From Acidobacteriota bacterium (GTDB taxonomy: Bacteria > Acidobacteriota > JAAYUB01): 64,000 nt of DNA. The stretch spans positions 4,160,637 to 4,224,636 of the forward strand of contig JAXGLX010000002.1 in assembly GCA_040768985.1 (NCBI GenBank), read 5' to 3'. A program made the position numbers and the translations under genes. How positions within the stretch are numbered: position 1 is the stretch's first letter; the number at the start of each line of letters is the position of its first letter. Under the pieces are notes generated by a model. It worked only from the letters and a program-made list of their open reading frames with translations, did no database searches and was not told the DNA's origin. Below, in pieces: positions 1 to 7,629 of the stretch.

Positions 1-2172
1 GATCGGCAGGGGCGGCTGTGGGTGGGTACCCTGCGCGGGATCAGCGTCCGGGAAGGCGACACGTTTCGCAACCTGGTCCAGGATATCGCCACGTCGCGGC
101 GGACGGTGTACGGTTTCATGGAGGATGCCCACGGGATTGTCTGGGCGGGCACCTCCGCGGGGCTGCTCCGGATCGACGGAGACAAGACCCGCGTCTACAC
201 CGGCGCCGACGGCCTGCCGTGTCCGGAGGTGAACAAGATTGTCCGGGACGACCGCCGGGACTGTCTATGGATCGGCACCTGGGGCGGGGGCGTCATCCGG
301 TACGACGGCCGGACGTTCACCCCGTTCGGCACCCGCGAGGGCCTCGCGTGTCCGTTCGTGACCAGTCTGTGCCTGGACCGGGAGCACAACCTCTGGATCG
401 CCACTCGCGAGGGCGGATTGTCCCGGTTCATGGGCGAGCAGTTCGTGCTCTACGACCGCCGGGACGGCTTGTGCGACGGGTCCATCAACGAGATCCGGCC
501 GGATGGCCGGGGCGGGCTCTGGCTGACATCTCTTGACGGCGGCCTCAGCCATTGGGACGGCCGCGCGTTCGTCCGGTTGGACCCGGGGCCGGGCCTGCCC
601 ACCAACCGGTTGCACCTCGCCCTGGTGGACTCGCGCGGGCGGGCGTGGCTGGGCGCGGATCAGGACGTGCTCTGCGTTGATGGCCGGCGGGTCACCCGGC
701 TGAACCGAAGCGGCCGGCTGCCGGCGGGGCCCATGGCCAGCATGATGGAGGACCGGGACGGCCGGATCTGGGTGGCGATGGCGGGCGGACTGGCCGTGAT
801 CGAGGATCTCGCGGTCCGCCGCGTGTACGGCGCGAACGAAGGTTTGCCGGACACGGACATTCAGGCGCTCCTGCAGGACCGGCGCGGCACCGTCTGGTGC
901 GGCACCCGGAAGGGGCTGGCGGCCATCGGCCGGGACGGTGCCGTTCGGGTGTACACCGAGGCCGACGGACTTCTCCATAACCAGGTGCGGCAGATTTTCC
1001 AGGATTCCCAGAGCCAGTTGTGGTTCGGCTGCCGGGCCGGGCTGATGGTGTACCGGTACGACTACTTCCGGAACATCACCCGGTCGACGGGCCTGGTCAG
1101 CGACGCGATCCGATTCTTTCGCGAGGATTCGATGGGCCGGATCTGGATCGCCACCGACGAGGGGCTCAGCGTCTTCTGGCGGGGCCGGATCGTCAACTAC
1201 ACCGAAGCCAACGGCCTGGTGGGCAAAGCGGTGTTGAGCTGGTACGAGGACACGGAGAAGAACATCTGGATCGGCACCGATCTGGGGCTCAACTGTTTCA
1301 GCGGGGAAGCGCTCCGACGTTACGAGCCGCAGGACGGCCTGGCGGGCGAGGCCGTGTACGAGATTCTACAGGACCGCCAAGGCGGCATCTGGTTGCTCAC
1401 GAACCGCGGACTGGGCCGTTTCAACGGCCAGGCCGTCGAATCGTTCAACGGATTCGCCGGGTTCTTCGGGCAGATCGTCCTGCGGGGGGCGTGGACGCTG
1501 GATGCCGATGGGCAGTTGTGGTTCGGCACCAACCGCGGCGCCTGCCGGCACAATCCCGAAGGCGACATTCCCAACGTGTCACCGCCCATTGTGCATCTCA
1601 CCGCGCTGAAAGCGGACGGCCAGCCGGTCCGGATCGCGAACGGACGGTGCGTGCTGCCGGATTCGGTGCGCACGCTGGAGTTTGAATGGGTGGGACTCAG
1701 CTACCGGGATGAACAGGGAGTCCGATACCGCTACCTGGTGGATGGTCTTTATCCGGACTGGTCCGCGCCCACCCGCGAACATGGTCTCCGAATGACGTTC
1801 CCGCCGCCCGGGATATACACTCTGAAGATCCTGGCCCGCAACCATGCCGGAATCTGGAGTCCCAGGCCGCTGACGGTCAGCGTGGAAGTCCGGGCGCCGT
1901 TCTGGCGGACCGCGCTGTTCCTGTGGATCGCGGGCCTGGTGCTGGCCGTTTCCGCCGGTGTGGCGGTCGTCAGCGCTCGACGCCGCCGGTTCGCGCGGGA
2001 GTCGGCGTGGCGCGAGGAGCGGGAACGGATGGCTGACCAGATCCGGCGCCTGGAAATACAAGCCGCGTCGCCCGCCGCAGCCGGTGCGGCTGGCGCCGAA
2101 GCCGCTCCGGCGGGTGATGGCCAGCCGGTGAACGATCCGGCCGGCCTGAAGCCGTCCGCACCGGATCGCTGA
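1..2172 (+). CDS. 5'-truncated periplasmic sensor-module protein: two-component-regulator propeller (Reg_prop) repeats, then a Y_Y_Y-type beta-sandwich, one TM helix and a short Ala/Pro-rich cytoplasmic tail. No kinase or other output domain
   Basis: Frame 1 is open from nt 1. Repeated W(I/V)GT..GGL.R(Y/F)DG motifs typical of Reg_prop blades (LWIGTWGGGVIRYDG, IWVAMAGGLAVIED, LWFGCRAGLMVYRYD, etc.). A Y_Y_Y-like region (LEFEWVGLSYRDEQGVRYRYLVDGL) is followed by a hydrophobic helix (ALFLWIAGLVLAVSAGVAVV). Only about 75 aa of tail follow before the stop at 2172. Confidence 0.7.
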   Translation, partial: DRQGRLWVGTLRGISVREGDTFRNLVQDIATSRRTVYGFMEDAHGIVWAGTSAGLLRIDGDKTRVYTGADGLPCPEVNKIVRDDRRDCLWIGTWGGGVIRYDGRTFTPFGTREGLACPFVTSLCLDREHNLWIATREGGLSRFMGEQFVLYDRRDGLCDGSINEIRPDGRGGLWLTSLDGGLSHWDGRAFVRLDPGPGLPTNRLHLALVDSRGRAWLGADQDVLCVDGRRVTRLNRSGRLPAGPMASMMEDRDGRIWVAMAGGLAVIEDLAVRRVYGANEGLPDTDIQALLQDRRGTVWCGTRKGLAAIGRDGAVRVYTEADGLLHNQVRQIFQDSQSQLWFGCRAGLMVYRYDYFRNITRSTGLVSDAIRFFREDSMGRIWIATDEGLSVFWRGRIVNYTEANGLVGKAVLSWYEDTEKNIWIGTDLGLNCFSGEALRRYEPQDGLAGEAVYEILQDRQGGIWLLTNRGLGRFNGQAVESFNGFAGFFGQIVLRGAWTLDADGQLWFGTNRGACRHNPEGDIPNVSPPIVHLTALKADGQPVRIANGRCVLPDSVRTLEFEWVGLSYRDEQGVRYRYLVDGLYPDWSAPTREHGLRMTFPPPGIYTLKILARNHAGIWSPRPLTVSVEVRAPFWRTALFLWIAGLVLAVSAGVAVVSARRRRFARESAWREERERMADQIRRLEIQAASPAAAGAAGAEAAPAGDGQPVNDPAGLKPSAPDR

Positions 2173-2184
2173 GCCGGCGGTCAC

Positions 2185-2988
2185 TCACAGTTCAATTGTT
2201 TCCAGCACCTTCTCGTTGTAATTGCCGCCCAGGCAGACGGCGGCGATCCCCTCAATGTTGACACGGACCCCGGCATGCGAATGGCCGCAGAAGACATGGG
2301 TCACCCGCGGATGCCGGCGGATGGCCGCACCGAGGCGGGGGCTGCCCATGAAGGCGTTGCCGAACCGCCAGACGGGATCGGGTTTGCGGACCAGCAATTC
2401 GGGAAAAGGGATGTGGTGGGTGACGACGACCACCGCATTCACCGAGTCCGGCAGACCGGCCAGTTGGGCATCCAGGCGCCGGCAACAGCGGTCAGTGAAC
2501 TCCGGATCCGTCAGCGGCCAACGGATGTAATGCCGGTCCAGCCACTGGAACCGGCCGGGAATCCAACGCTGTCGATACCAGTCGTCGGGGCAGCCCAGTG
2601 ATTCATCCCGGTAAGAGTAATCGTACCAGCCCACGTTGCCGACGACGGCCACGGCACCATCGATGTACGGGGCGGCGTCCAGGTAGTGCACGCCGTGGCG
2701 GGCGCAGACAGCCGGGATGTATTCCTCGTACAGCTGCAGAGAATCGCCGTGGCGTGTCCACAAGTCGTGGTTGCCGGGTGTGTATAGGATCTGCCCGGCA
2801 CAGCCGGCGAGCGACCGGAAGGCGGCGTCCAGGTTTTGTTCGGCGAACGAAATCAGGTCGCCGGCCAGGACCAGCCGCTGGACGCCCTCCCGGGCCAGGC
2901 GGTCGAGGAAGTGAGCCAAGGGGTGGCGCCACAGGCGGATCAGGTCCAGGTGCAGGTCGTTGGTGAGGGTGAGTCGGCAGCGCGTCAT
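2185..2988 (-). CDS. Calcineurin-like metallophosphoesterase
   Basis: GNHD and GHSH motifs (LYTPGNHDLW, FCGHSHAGV), and DLHLD near the N-terminus. The ATG at 2988 (MTRCRLTLTNDLHL) is preferred over the track start at 3021 because a GGGAAGGG RBS lies about 8 nt upstream. Confidence 0.7.
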   Translation of the reverse strand: MTRCRLTLTNDLHLDLIRLWRHPLAHFLDRLAREGVQRLVLAGDLISFAEQNLDAAFRSLAGCAGQILYTPGNHDLWTRHGDSLQLYEEYIPAVCARHGVHYLDAAPYIDGAVAVVGNVGWYDYSYRDESLGCPDDWYRQRWIPGRFQWLDRHYIRWPLTDPEFTDRCCRRLDAQLAGLPDSVNAVVVVTHHIPFPELLVRKPDPVWRFGNAFMGSPRLGAAIRRHPRVTHVFCGHSHAGVRVNIEGIAAVCLGGNYNEKVLETIEL

Positions 2989-3137
2989 GGCCAAACCCTT
3001 CCCGGAGGAGGCCTGCGGCATCTATACCATGCGCGGGACCCGCGCCCAAGCAAAATCGATTGCGGGCGTTCGGGCCTGTGCTACAATGAGGTCAAATTGC
3101 CGGTAGACTTGTATTCAGGACTGTTCAAGGAGGCCAT

Positions 3138-4787
3138 ATGTCGCAGCGCGGGTGCGTTATCGCCCTTCTGTTGGTGCTGGCGCTATGCGTGCCGGTCGAC
3201 GCCGCCGACGAGCGGGCGCGTGAGAAGAATATCTTGACCGTCAAGCCGGGCGTGGTCATGGTGTACTCGCGGATCCAGGTCAAGGTGGGGATCCGGACGA
3301 ACGAGGGCCTGCGGGAGTTTGATCCTCTCGACATGAGCGGATCCGGCTCCGGGTTCATCGTCAACCCGGACGGTTACATCGTCACCAACGGCCACGTGGT
3401 CAAGGAATATCACAGCAAGGAAAACAACGCGCTCAAGTCCCAGGCGCTGGTGCAGATCCTCGAACAGCACGTCTTTCCGGCGTTGGAGCAGCAGAAACGC
3501 GCTCCGTTGACCCAGGAGGAGAAAGTGTCGGTGTTCCAGCAGCTCTCCTCCGCGGCGGTGTTTCAGGTGTCCAAGCAGTTGTTTGTCTTCCTGTCGAACT
3601 GGCAGTACCTGCCCGCCGAGATCAAGCAGTACAGTCCGCCCATCACGCCGGTGGCGGGCAAGACCGAGGGGATCTTCAGCTACGAGGAGGCGGAGTCGGG
3701 CAAGGACATCGCCGTACTCAAAATCGAGTCCGGCAACCTGCCCACGGTGCCGCTGGGCGACTCCGCGGCGGTGTCCCTCCAGGCGGCGGTGTTCCCCGCC
3801 GGCTACCCCGGCGTGGTCAGCCAGCACGATTACCTGAGCCAGTCCTCCATGCTGGAGGCCTCCATCACCTCGGGCCATGTGTCCAGCCTGAAGCTGGACG
3901 TCAAGGGCACGCCGGTGATCCAGTTTGACGCCCCGGTCACGTGGGGCAATTCGGGCGGCCCGGTATTCAACGAACGGGGCGAGGTCATCGGCATCGCCAC
4001 GTTCATCAGCCTGGCCCCCACGGGCGCCCAGAGCGCCATCCCCATCCAGGGCTTCAATTTCGCCGTTCCCATCAATACGGCCAAGGAATTCATCAGCGCC
4101 GCCGGCATCCAGTCGAAGCGCGGGCTGCTCGACGGTCTGTGGCAACAGGCGCTGGACTTCTACTTCGACGAGGACTACGAGGCGGCGGTCGTCAAGTGCG
4201 ACGAGATCCTCCGCCTGATGCCCAACCAGCCGGATGCCAAGCGGATCCAGGTGAAGAGCCAGGAGTGGCTCACCGCCCATCCGCCCACCTTCTTCAGCCG
4301 GTACGGCACGATCCTGGCGGTCGTGGGCGGCGCCCTGCTGCTGGTGGTCATCGTCGGCGCGGTGGTGATCCTGGCGGCGCGCGGCAAGAAAGGCGCCCCG
4401 GCGGCACCGCGGCCGGCCGCCGGCGTCCCGGAGATGAAGGCCACCGTGGTCGACATCCAGGCGCAGCGCCAGCAGGTGGGCAGCTTCGGCCGGGTGGTCT
4501 GCGAGAAAGGTCCCGGCGCCGGCAAGGTGACGGAGATCCCGTCCAAGGGGCTGGTGTTCGGCCGCGACGCGTCCCAGTGCACGGTGGTGGTCCCGGACGA
4601 CCACGTGTCCAAGGTGCACGCGCTGCTCACCCCCAGTCCCAAAGGCCTCCTGCTGGAGGACCGCGGGTCCACGAACGGGACGTTCATCAACGACGTCAAC
4701 AGCCCGCGGGTCCAGCAGAACTTCGTCAAGAGCGGCGACCGGATCATCCTGGGCAGCAAGCAGGCGGCCATCTTCCGGGTGGAGTGA
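3138..4787 (+). CDS. Secreted trypsin-like (S1/DegP-type) serine protease fused via one TM helix to a C-terminal cytoplasmic FHA domain
   Basis: AAGGAGG RBS 5 nt upstream of the ATG. Signal peptide (LLVLALCVPVDAADE). Catalytic His (VTNGHVV), Asp (DIAVLKIE) and Ser (GNSGGPVFN). An approximately 100-aa insertion between His and Asp, and no PDZ domain. TM helix ILAVVGGALLLVVIVGAVVILAA. Canonical FHA signature in the last approximately 95 aa (GRDASQC..SKVHALL...EDRGSTNGTFIND). Confidence 0.8.
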   Translation: MSQRGCVIALLLVLALCVPVDAADERAREKNILTVKPGVVMVYSRIQVKVGIRTNEGLREFDPLDMSGSGSGFIVNPDGYIVTNGHVVKEYHSKENNALKSQALVQILEQHVFPALEQQKRAPLTQEEKVSVFQQLSSAAVFQVSKQLFVFLSNWQYLPAEIKQYSPPITPVAGKTEGIFSYEEAESGKDIAVLKIESGNLPTVPLGDSAAVSLQAAVFPAGYPGVVSQHDYLSQSSMLEASITSGHVSSLKLDVKGTPVIQFDAPVTWGNSGGPVFNERGEVIGIATFISLAPTGAQSAIPIQGFNFAVPINTAKEFISAAGIQSKRGLLDGLWQQALDFYFDEDYEAAVVKCDEILRLMPNQPDAKRIQVKSQEWLTAHPPTFFSRYGTILAVVGGALLLVVIVGAVVILAARGKKGAPAAPRPAAGVPEMKATVVDIQAQRQQVGSFGRVVCEKGPGAGKVTEIPSKGLVFGRDASQCTVVVPDDHVSKVHALLTPSPKGLLLEDRGSTNGTFINDVNSPRVQQNFVKSGDRIILGSKQAAIFRVE

Positions 4788-4820
4788 CCCGGGGCGCGGA
4801 CGCGGCACCGGAGCGGAGCG

Positions 4821-5411
4821 ATGTTGAAATTCTGTGCGCACGGACATCCGATGGAAGAGTGGATGACCGAGTGTCCGTACTGCGCCCGCACCGAAGACGG
4901 CGTGCAGAAACCGCTCGGCAGCTCCACCCCGCCTCCCGTTCCGGCCGCGGGCCCGACCGAACTCGGCCCCGGTTCGCCGCTGCGGGCGACGGTGGTGGAT
5001 GGCTATACGGCGCATTACCGGACGCCGCCGGGCGCGACGGTGGCGGATGGCGTGTCCTTCGACGCGACGCCCACACGGCCGCTCACGCCGCCCCCCGGAC
5101 GCCCGTCCGGCGGTCTCCCCCTGCTGGGCTGGCTGGTGGTCATGAACGGCCCGGCCAAGTTTCAGGACGTGCGTCTCGACCGCGAGCAGGTGGTGATCGG
5201 CTCAGACCCCGGCGCCGGGTTGCGGCTCGATGCGGCGGGGGTGGCGCCGTGCCACGGGCGGGTGGTCAAAGAGCGGGACGGCCTGTACCTCGAGGGGGTG
5301 GACGGAGCCGTGTTCGTCAACAACGGCGCCCGGCCGTCGCCCCGCCATCTGCTGGCGGACGAGGATCTGATCCGCATCGGCAGCGTCTACGTGAAATTCC
5401 GAAAATTGTGA
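4821..5411 (+). CDS. Zinc-ribbon plus FHA-domain protein with a divergent FHA
   Basis: N-terminal C..H..(x10)..CPYC zinc-ribbon-like motif, then a Pro-rich linker. The C-terminal FHA-like fold (VVIGSDPGAGLRLDAAGVAPCHGRVVKERDGLYLEGVDGAVFVNNGAR) lacks the canonical S-T-N-G phospho-threonine-contacting residues. Confidence 0.65.
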   Translation: MLKFCAHGHPMEEWMTECPYCARTEDGVQKPLGSSTPPPVPAAGPTELGPGSPLRATVVDGYTAHYRTPPGATVADGVSFDATPTRPLTPPPGRPSGGLPLLGWLVVMNGPAKFQDVRLDREQVVIGSDPGAGLRLDAAGVAPCHGRVVKERDGLYLEGVDGAVFVNNGARPSPRHLLADEDLIRIGSVYVKFRKL

Positions 5412-5424
5412 TCGGGGGCGTCTC

Positions 5425-7542
5425 ATGATCGGCCAAGTCATCGACCACTATAAGATCCTTGAAAAAATCGGCCAGGGCGGCATGGGCACGGTCTTCAAGG
5501 CGGTGGACATCAACCTCGACCGTATCGTCGCCATCAAGGTCCTGTCGAAGGAGCTGTCCCAGGAGGCCAGCCTGATCCAGCGGTTCCTCGCGGAGGCCAA
5601 GACCCAGGCCCAGCTCAACCACCCCAACGTGTGCACCCTCTACAATTTTTTCCGCCATCAGGACCAGTTGTACATGGTGATGGAATACATCGAGGGGATG
5701 AACCTGGAGCAGATGATCCGCCAGCGGGGAGCGATCCCCTTCCACGAAGCCGTGCCGCTTTTCCAGCAGGCGCTGTTCGGCCTGAGCCAGGCCCATCGGA
5801 TGGGCATCCTGCACCGGGACATCAAGCCGTCGAACATGATCGTGAACCGGCAGGGCATCGTCAAGGTCATGGACTTCGGCATCGCCCGGGTGATGGGCCA
5901 GTCGCGGCTCACCCAGACCGGCCTGCAGGTGGGCACCCTGTACTACATGTCGCCGGAGCAGATCCAGGGGAAGGAGACCGACTTCCGGTGCGACATCTAC
6001 GCGCTGGGCATCACGCTCTTCGAACTGCTCACCGGGACGGTGCCGTTCCGGGGGAGCACCGATTTCGAGATCATGCAGGCCCACGTGCGGACGCCGCCGC
6101 CCGCGCCCTCCAAAGTGCTGCCGCAGTTGCCTAAGGTGTTCGACCGGGTGGTCCTGCACGCCCTGGAAAAGGACCCGCGCGCCCGCTACCAGACCGTCGA
6201 GGATTTCTCGCAGGCGCTGGGCGCGGCGCTGCAGGAGGCCCTCCGCACGGCGCCGCCACCCCGCGCCACCGCCGCCTATGCCGCCACGGGCGCGGCGCCG
6301 CTGCGTCCGGCGGGGACACCGCCCCCGCCGCCGGGCACCCAGGCGTACGCTTCCGGAACGCAAGCCTGTCCGCCGGGCACCCAGGCCTACCCCGCCGGGA
6401 CGCAGGCGTATGCCGGGGGCACCCAGGCGTACCCGTCCGGCACCCAGGGCGTCCAGATGCCCGGCGCCACCGTTTTTGACTCACGGCCGGGTACCGGATA
6501 CGCCGCCGCGCGGCCGGACGTCGCCAAAAAGAAAATGCTGATCATCGGCGGCATTGCCGCCGCCGGATTGATCCTCGTGACGCTGACGATCGTGGTGCTG
6601 GCGGTGTTGCTCAAGCCGTCGCCCAGGACGCCGACCGCCGCGACCCCGGTGGCCGGCGGCGGCTCCAGCGGCACCCAGGCCCCGCCGGTGGCGCCCCCCG
6701 CGTCCCTGCCGGCCGCCAGCCCGTCATCGAGCCAGCCGGCCGGCACGCTCACGCTCCCCGTGCTCCCCGGTGGCGCGACGCAGCCGGACAAGGGGCGGAA
6801 AGATTCCAAGCCGCAGCCGGCGCCGCCGACTCCGCCGCCGGCGGAGGAGCCGCCCGATTCCGGCAAATGGGCAACCAAGGGCGATCATTCCGGATCGGGC
6901 GGACAAGCGCCCGTGGAAGATCCGCTGCAGGCGTTGTCCACCCAGGCCTACCAGGCGTATTCCGAGGGACGATTCATCGAACCGCCCGGGAACAACGTGC
7001 TGCAACTCACCGGGGAGATCCTCCGGCGCGATCCCGGCCACGCGTATGCCCTGCAGCTGCAGCAGGACGCCGTCTCCGTGGTCCACGGCCAGTTGCAGTC
7101 GCAGATCGACTCGGGCGATCTGGCGTCCGCCAAGCGCCTCTGCCGGCTGCTGATGCAGTTTTTTCCCGGTAACGGCGATTACCGGCAACTGATGAGCAAC
7201 CTGGAGAACGCGGAGCAGCAGGCCGCCGCCATGAGCGAGGCGCAGACGTTCCTCGTGGGCCACGACCACAGCGGCGACTTCACGCTGTTCTGCGTCGGCT
7301 ACCTGTCCATCTTCCCCGACCGGGTGGTCTATCGAACGATCCGCTCCATCGACGGCCGCACGGATGACTTCGAGGTGCCGCGCTCGGCCATCAAGGAATT
7401 CAAGACCAACCGGTTGCCCATCGGCATGTACCGGGCGTTCCATATCAAGCTCACGAACGGAAACAATTTCAATTTTGCCCACATCGATCAGAACGGCAAC
7501 GACATCGGCCCCGAGGCGGTGGTGTCGGCGTACGGCTATTGA
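5425..7542 (+). CDS. Receptor-type Hanks Ser/Thr protein kinase: cytoplasmic kinase domain, six G-T-Q-A-Y tandem repeats, one TM helix, and an extracytoplasmic Pro-rich region plus a helical/TPR-like and unknown C-terminal domain
   Basis: Glycine loop GQGGMGTVFKA, VAIK lysine, HRDIKPSNMI catalytic loop, DFGIAR, SPEQ. Repeats PGTQAYASGTQACPPGTQAYPAGTQAYAGGTQAYPSGTQG at aa 303-342. TM helix LIIGGIAAAGLILVTLTIVVLAVLL. Confidence 0.85.
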   Translation: MIGQVIDHYKILEKIGQGGMGTVFKAVDINLDRIVAIKVLSKELSQEASLIQRFLAEAKTQAQLNHPNVCTLYNFFRHQDQLYMVMEYIEGMNLEQMIRQRGAIPFHEAVPLFQQALFGLSQAHRMGILHRDIKPSNMIVNRQGIVKVMDFGIARVMGQSRLTQTGLQVGTLYYMSPEQIQGKETDFRCDIYALGITLFELLTGTVPFRGSTDFEIMQAHVRTPPPAPSKVLPQLPKVFDRVVLHALEKDPRARYQTVEDFSQALGAALQEALRTAPPPRATAAYAATGAAPLRPAGTPPPPPGTQAYASGTQACPPGTQAYPAGTQAYAGGTQAYPSGTQGVQMPGATVFDSRPGTGYAAARPDVAKKKMLIIGGIAAAGLILVTLTIVVLAVLLKPSPRTPTAATPVAGGGSSGTQAPPVAPPASLPAASPSSSQPAGTLTLPVLPGGATQPDKGRKDSKPQPAPPTPPPAEEPPDSGKWATKGDHSGSGGQAPVEDPLQALSTQAYQAYSEGRFIEPPGNNVLQLTGEILRRDPGHAYALQLQQDAVSVVHGQLQSQIDSGDLASAKRLCRLLMQFFPGNGDYRQLMSNLENAEQQAAAMSEAQTFLVGHDHSGDFTLFCVGYLSIFPDRVVYRTIRSIDGRTDDFEVPRSAIKEFKTNRLPIGMYRAFHIKLTNGNNFNFAHIDQNGNDIGPEAVVSAYGY
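6331..6451 (+). repeat. In-frame tandem 15-nt coding repeats (ggcacccaggcgtac-like) encoding six G-T-Q-A-Y units in the kinase juxtamembrane linker
   Basis: Repetition visible at both the DNA and protein level, with no frame disruption. Confidence 0.75.
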
Positions 7543-7629
7543 CCCGGACGAGATCCCGCGGCGGGCGGTTCCGCGTGACGCGCCGCCGCCGCGCCGCCGC
7601 CGCCAGCCAATCCATCCTTAGGCGGAACC

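Noticed and set aside
6331-6451. Tandem DNA repeats as a CRISPR array, minisatellite or IS remnant
   Set aside because: The repeats are 15 nt, in-frame and contiguous without spacers, and encode GTQAY. They are a coding repeat. No CRISPR-like repeat-spacer structure exists anywhere in the window.
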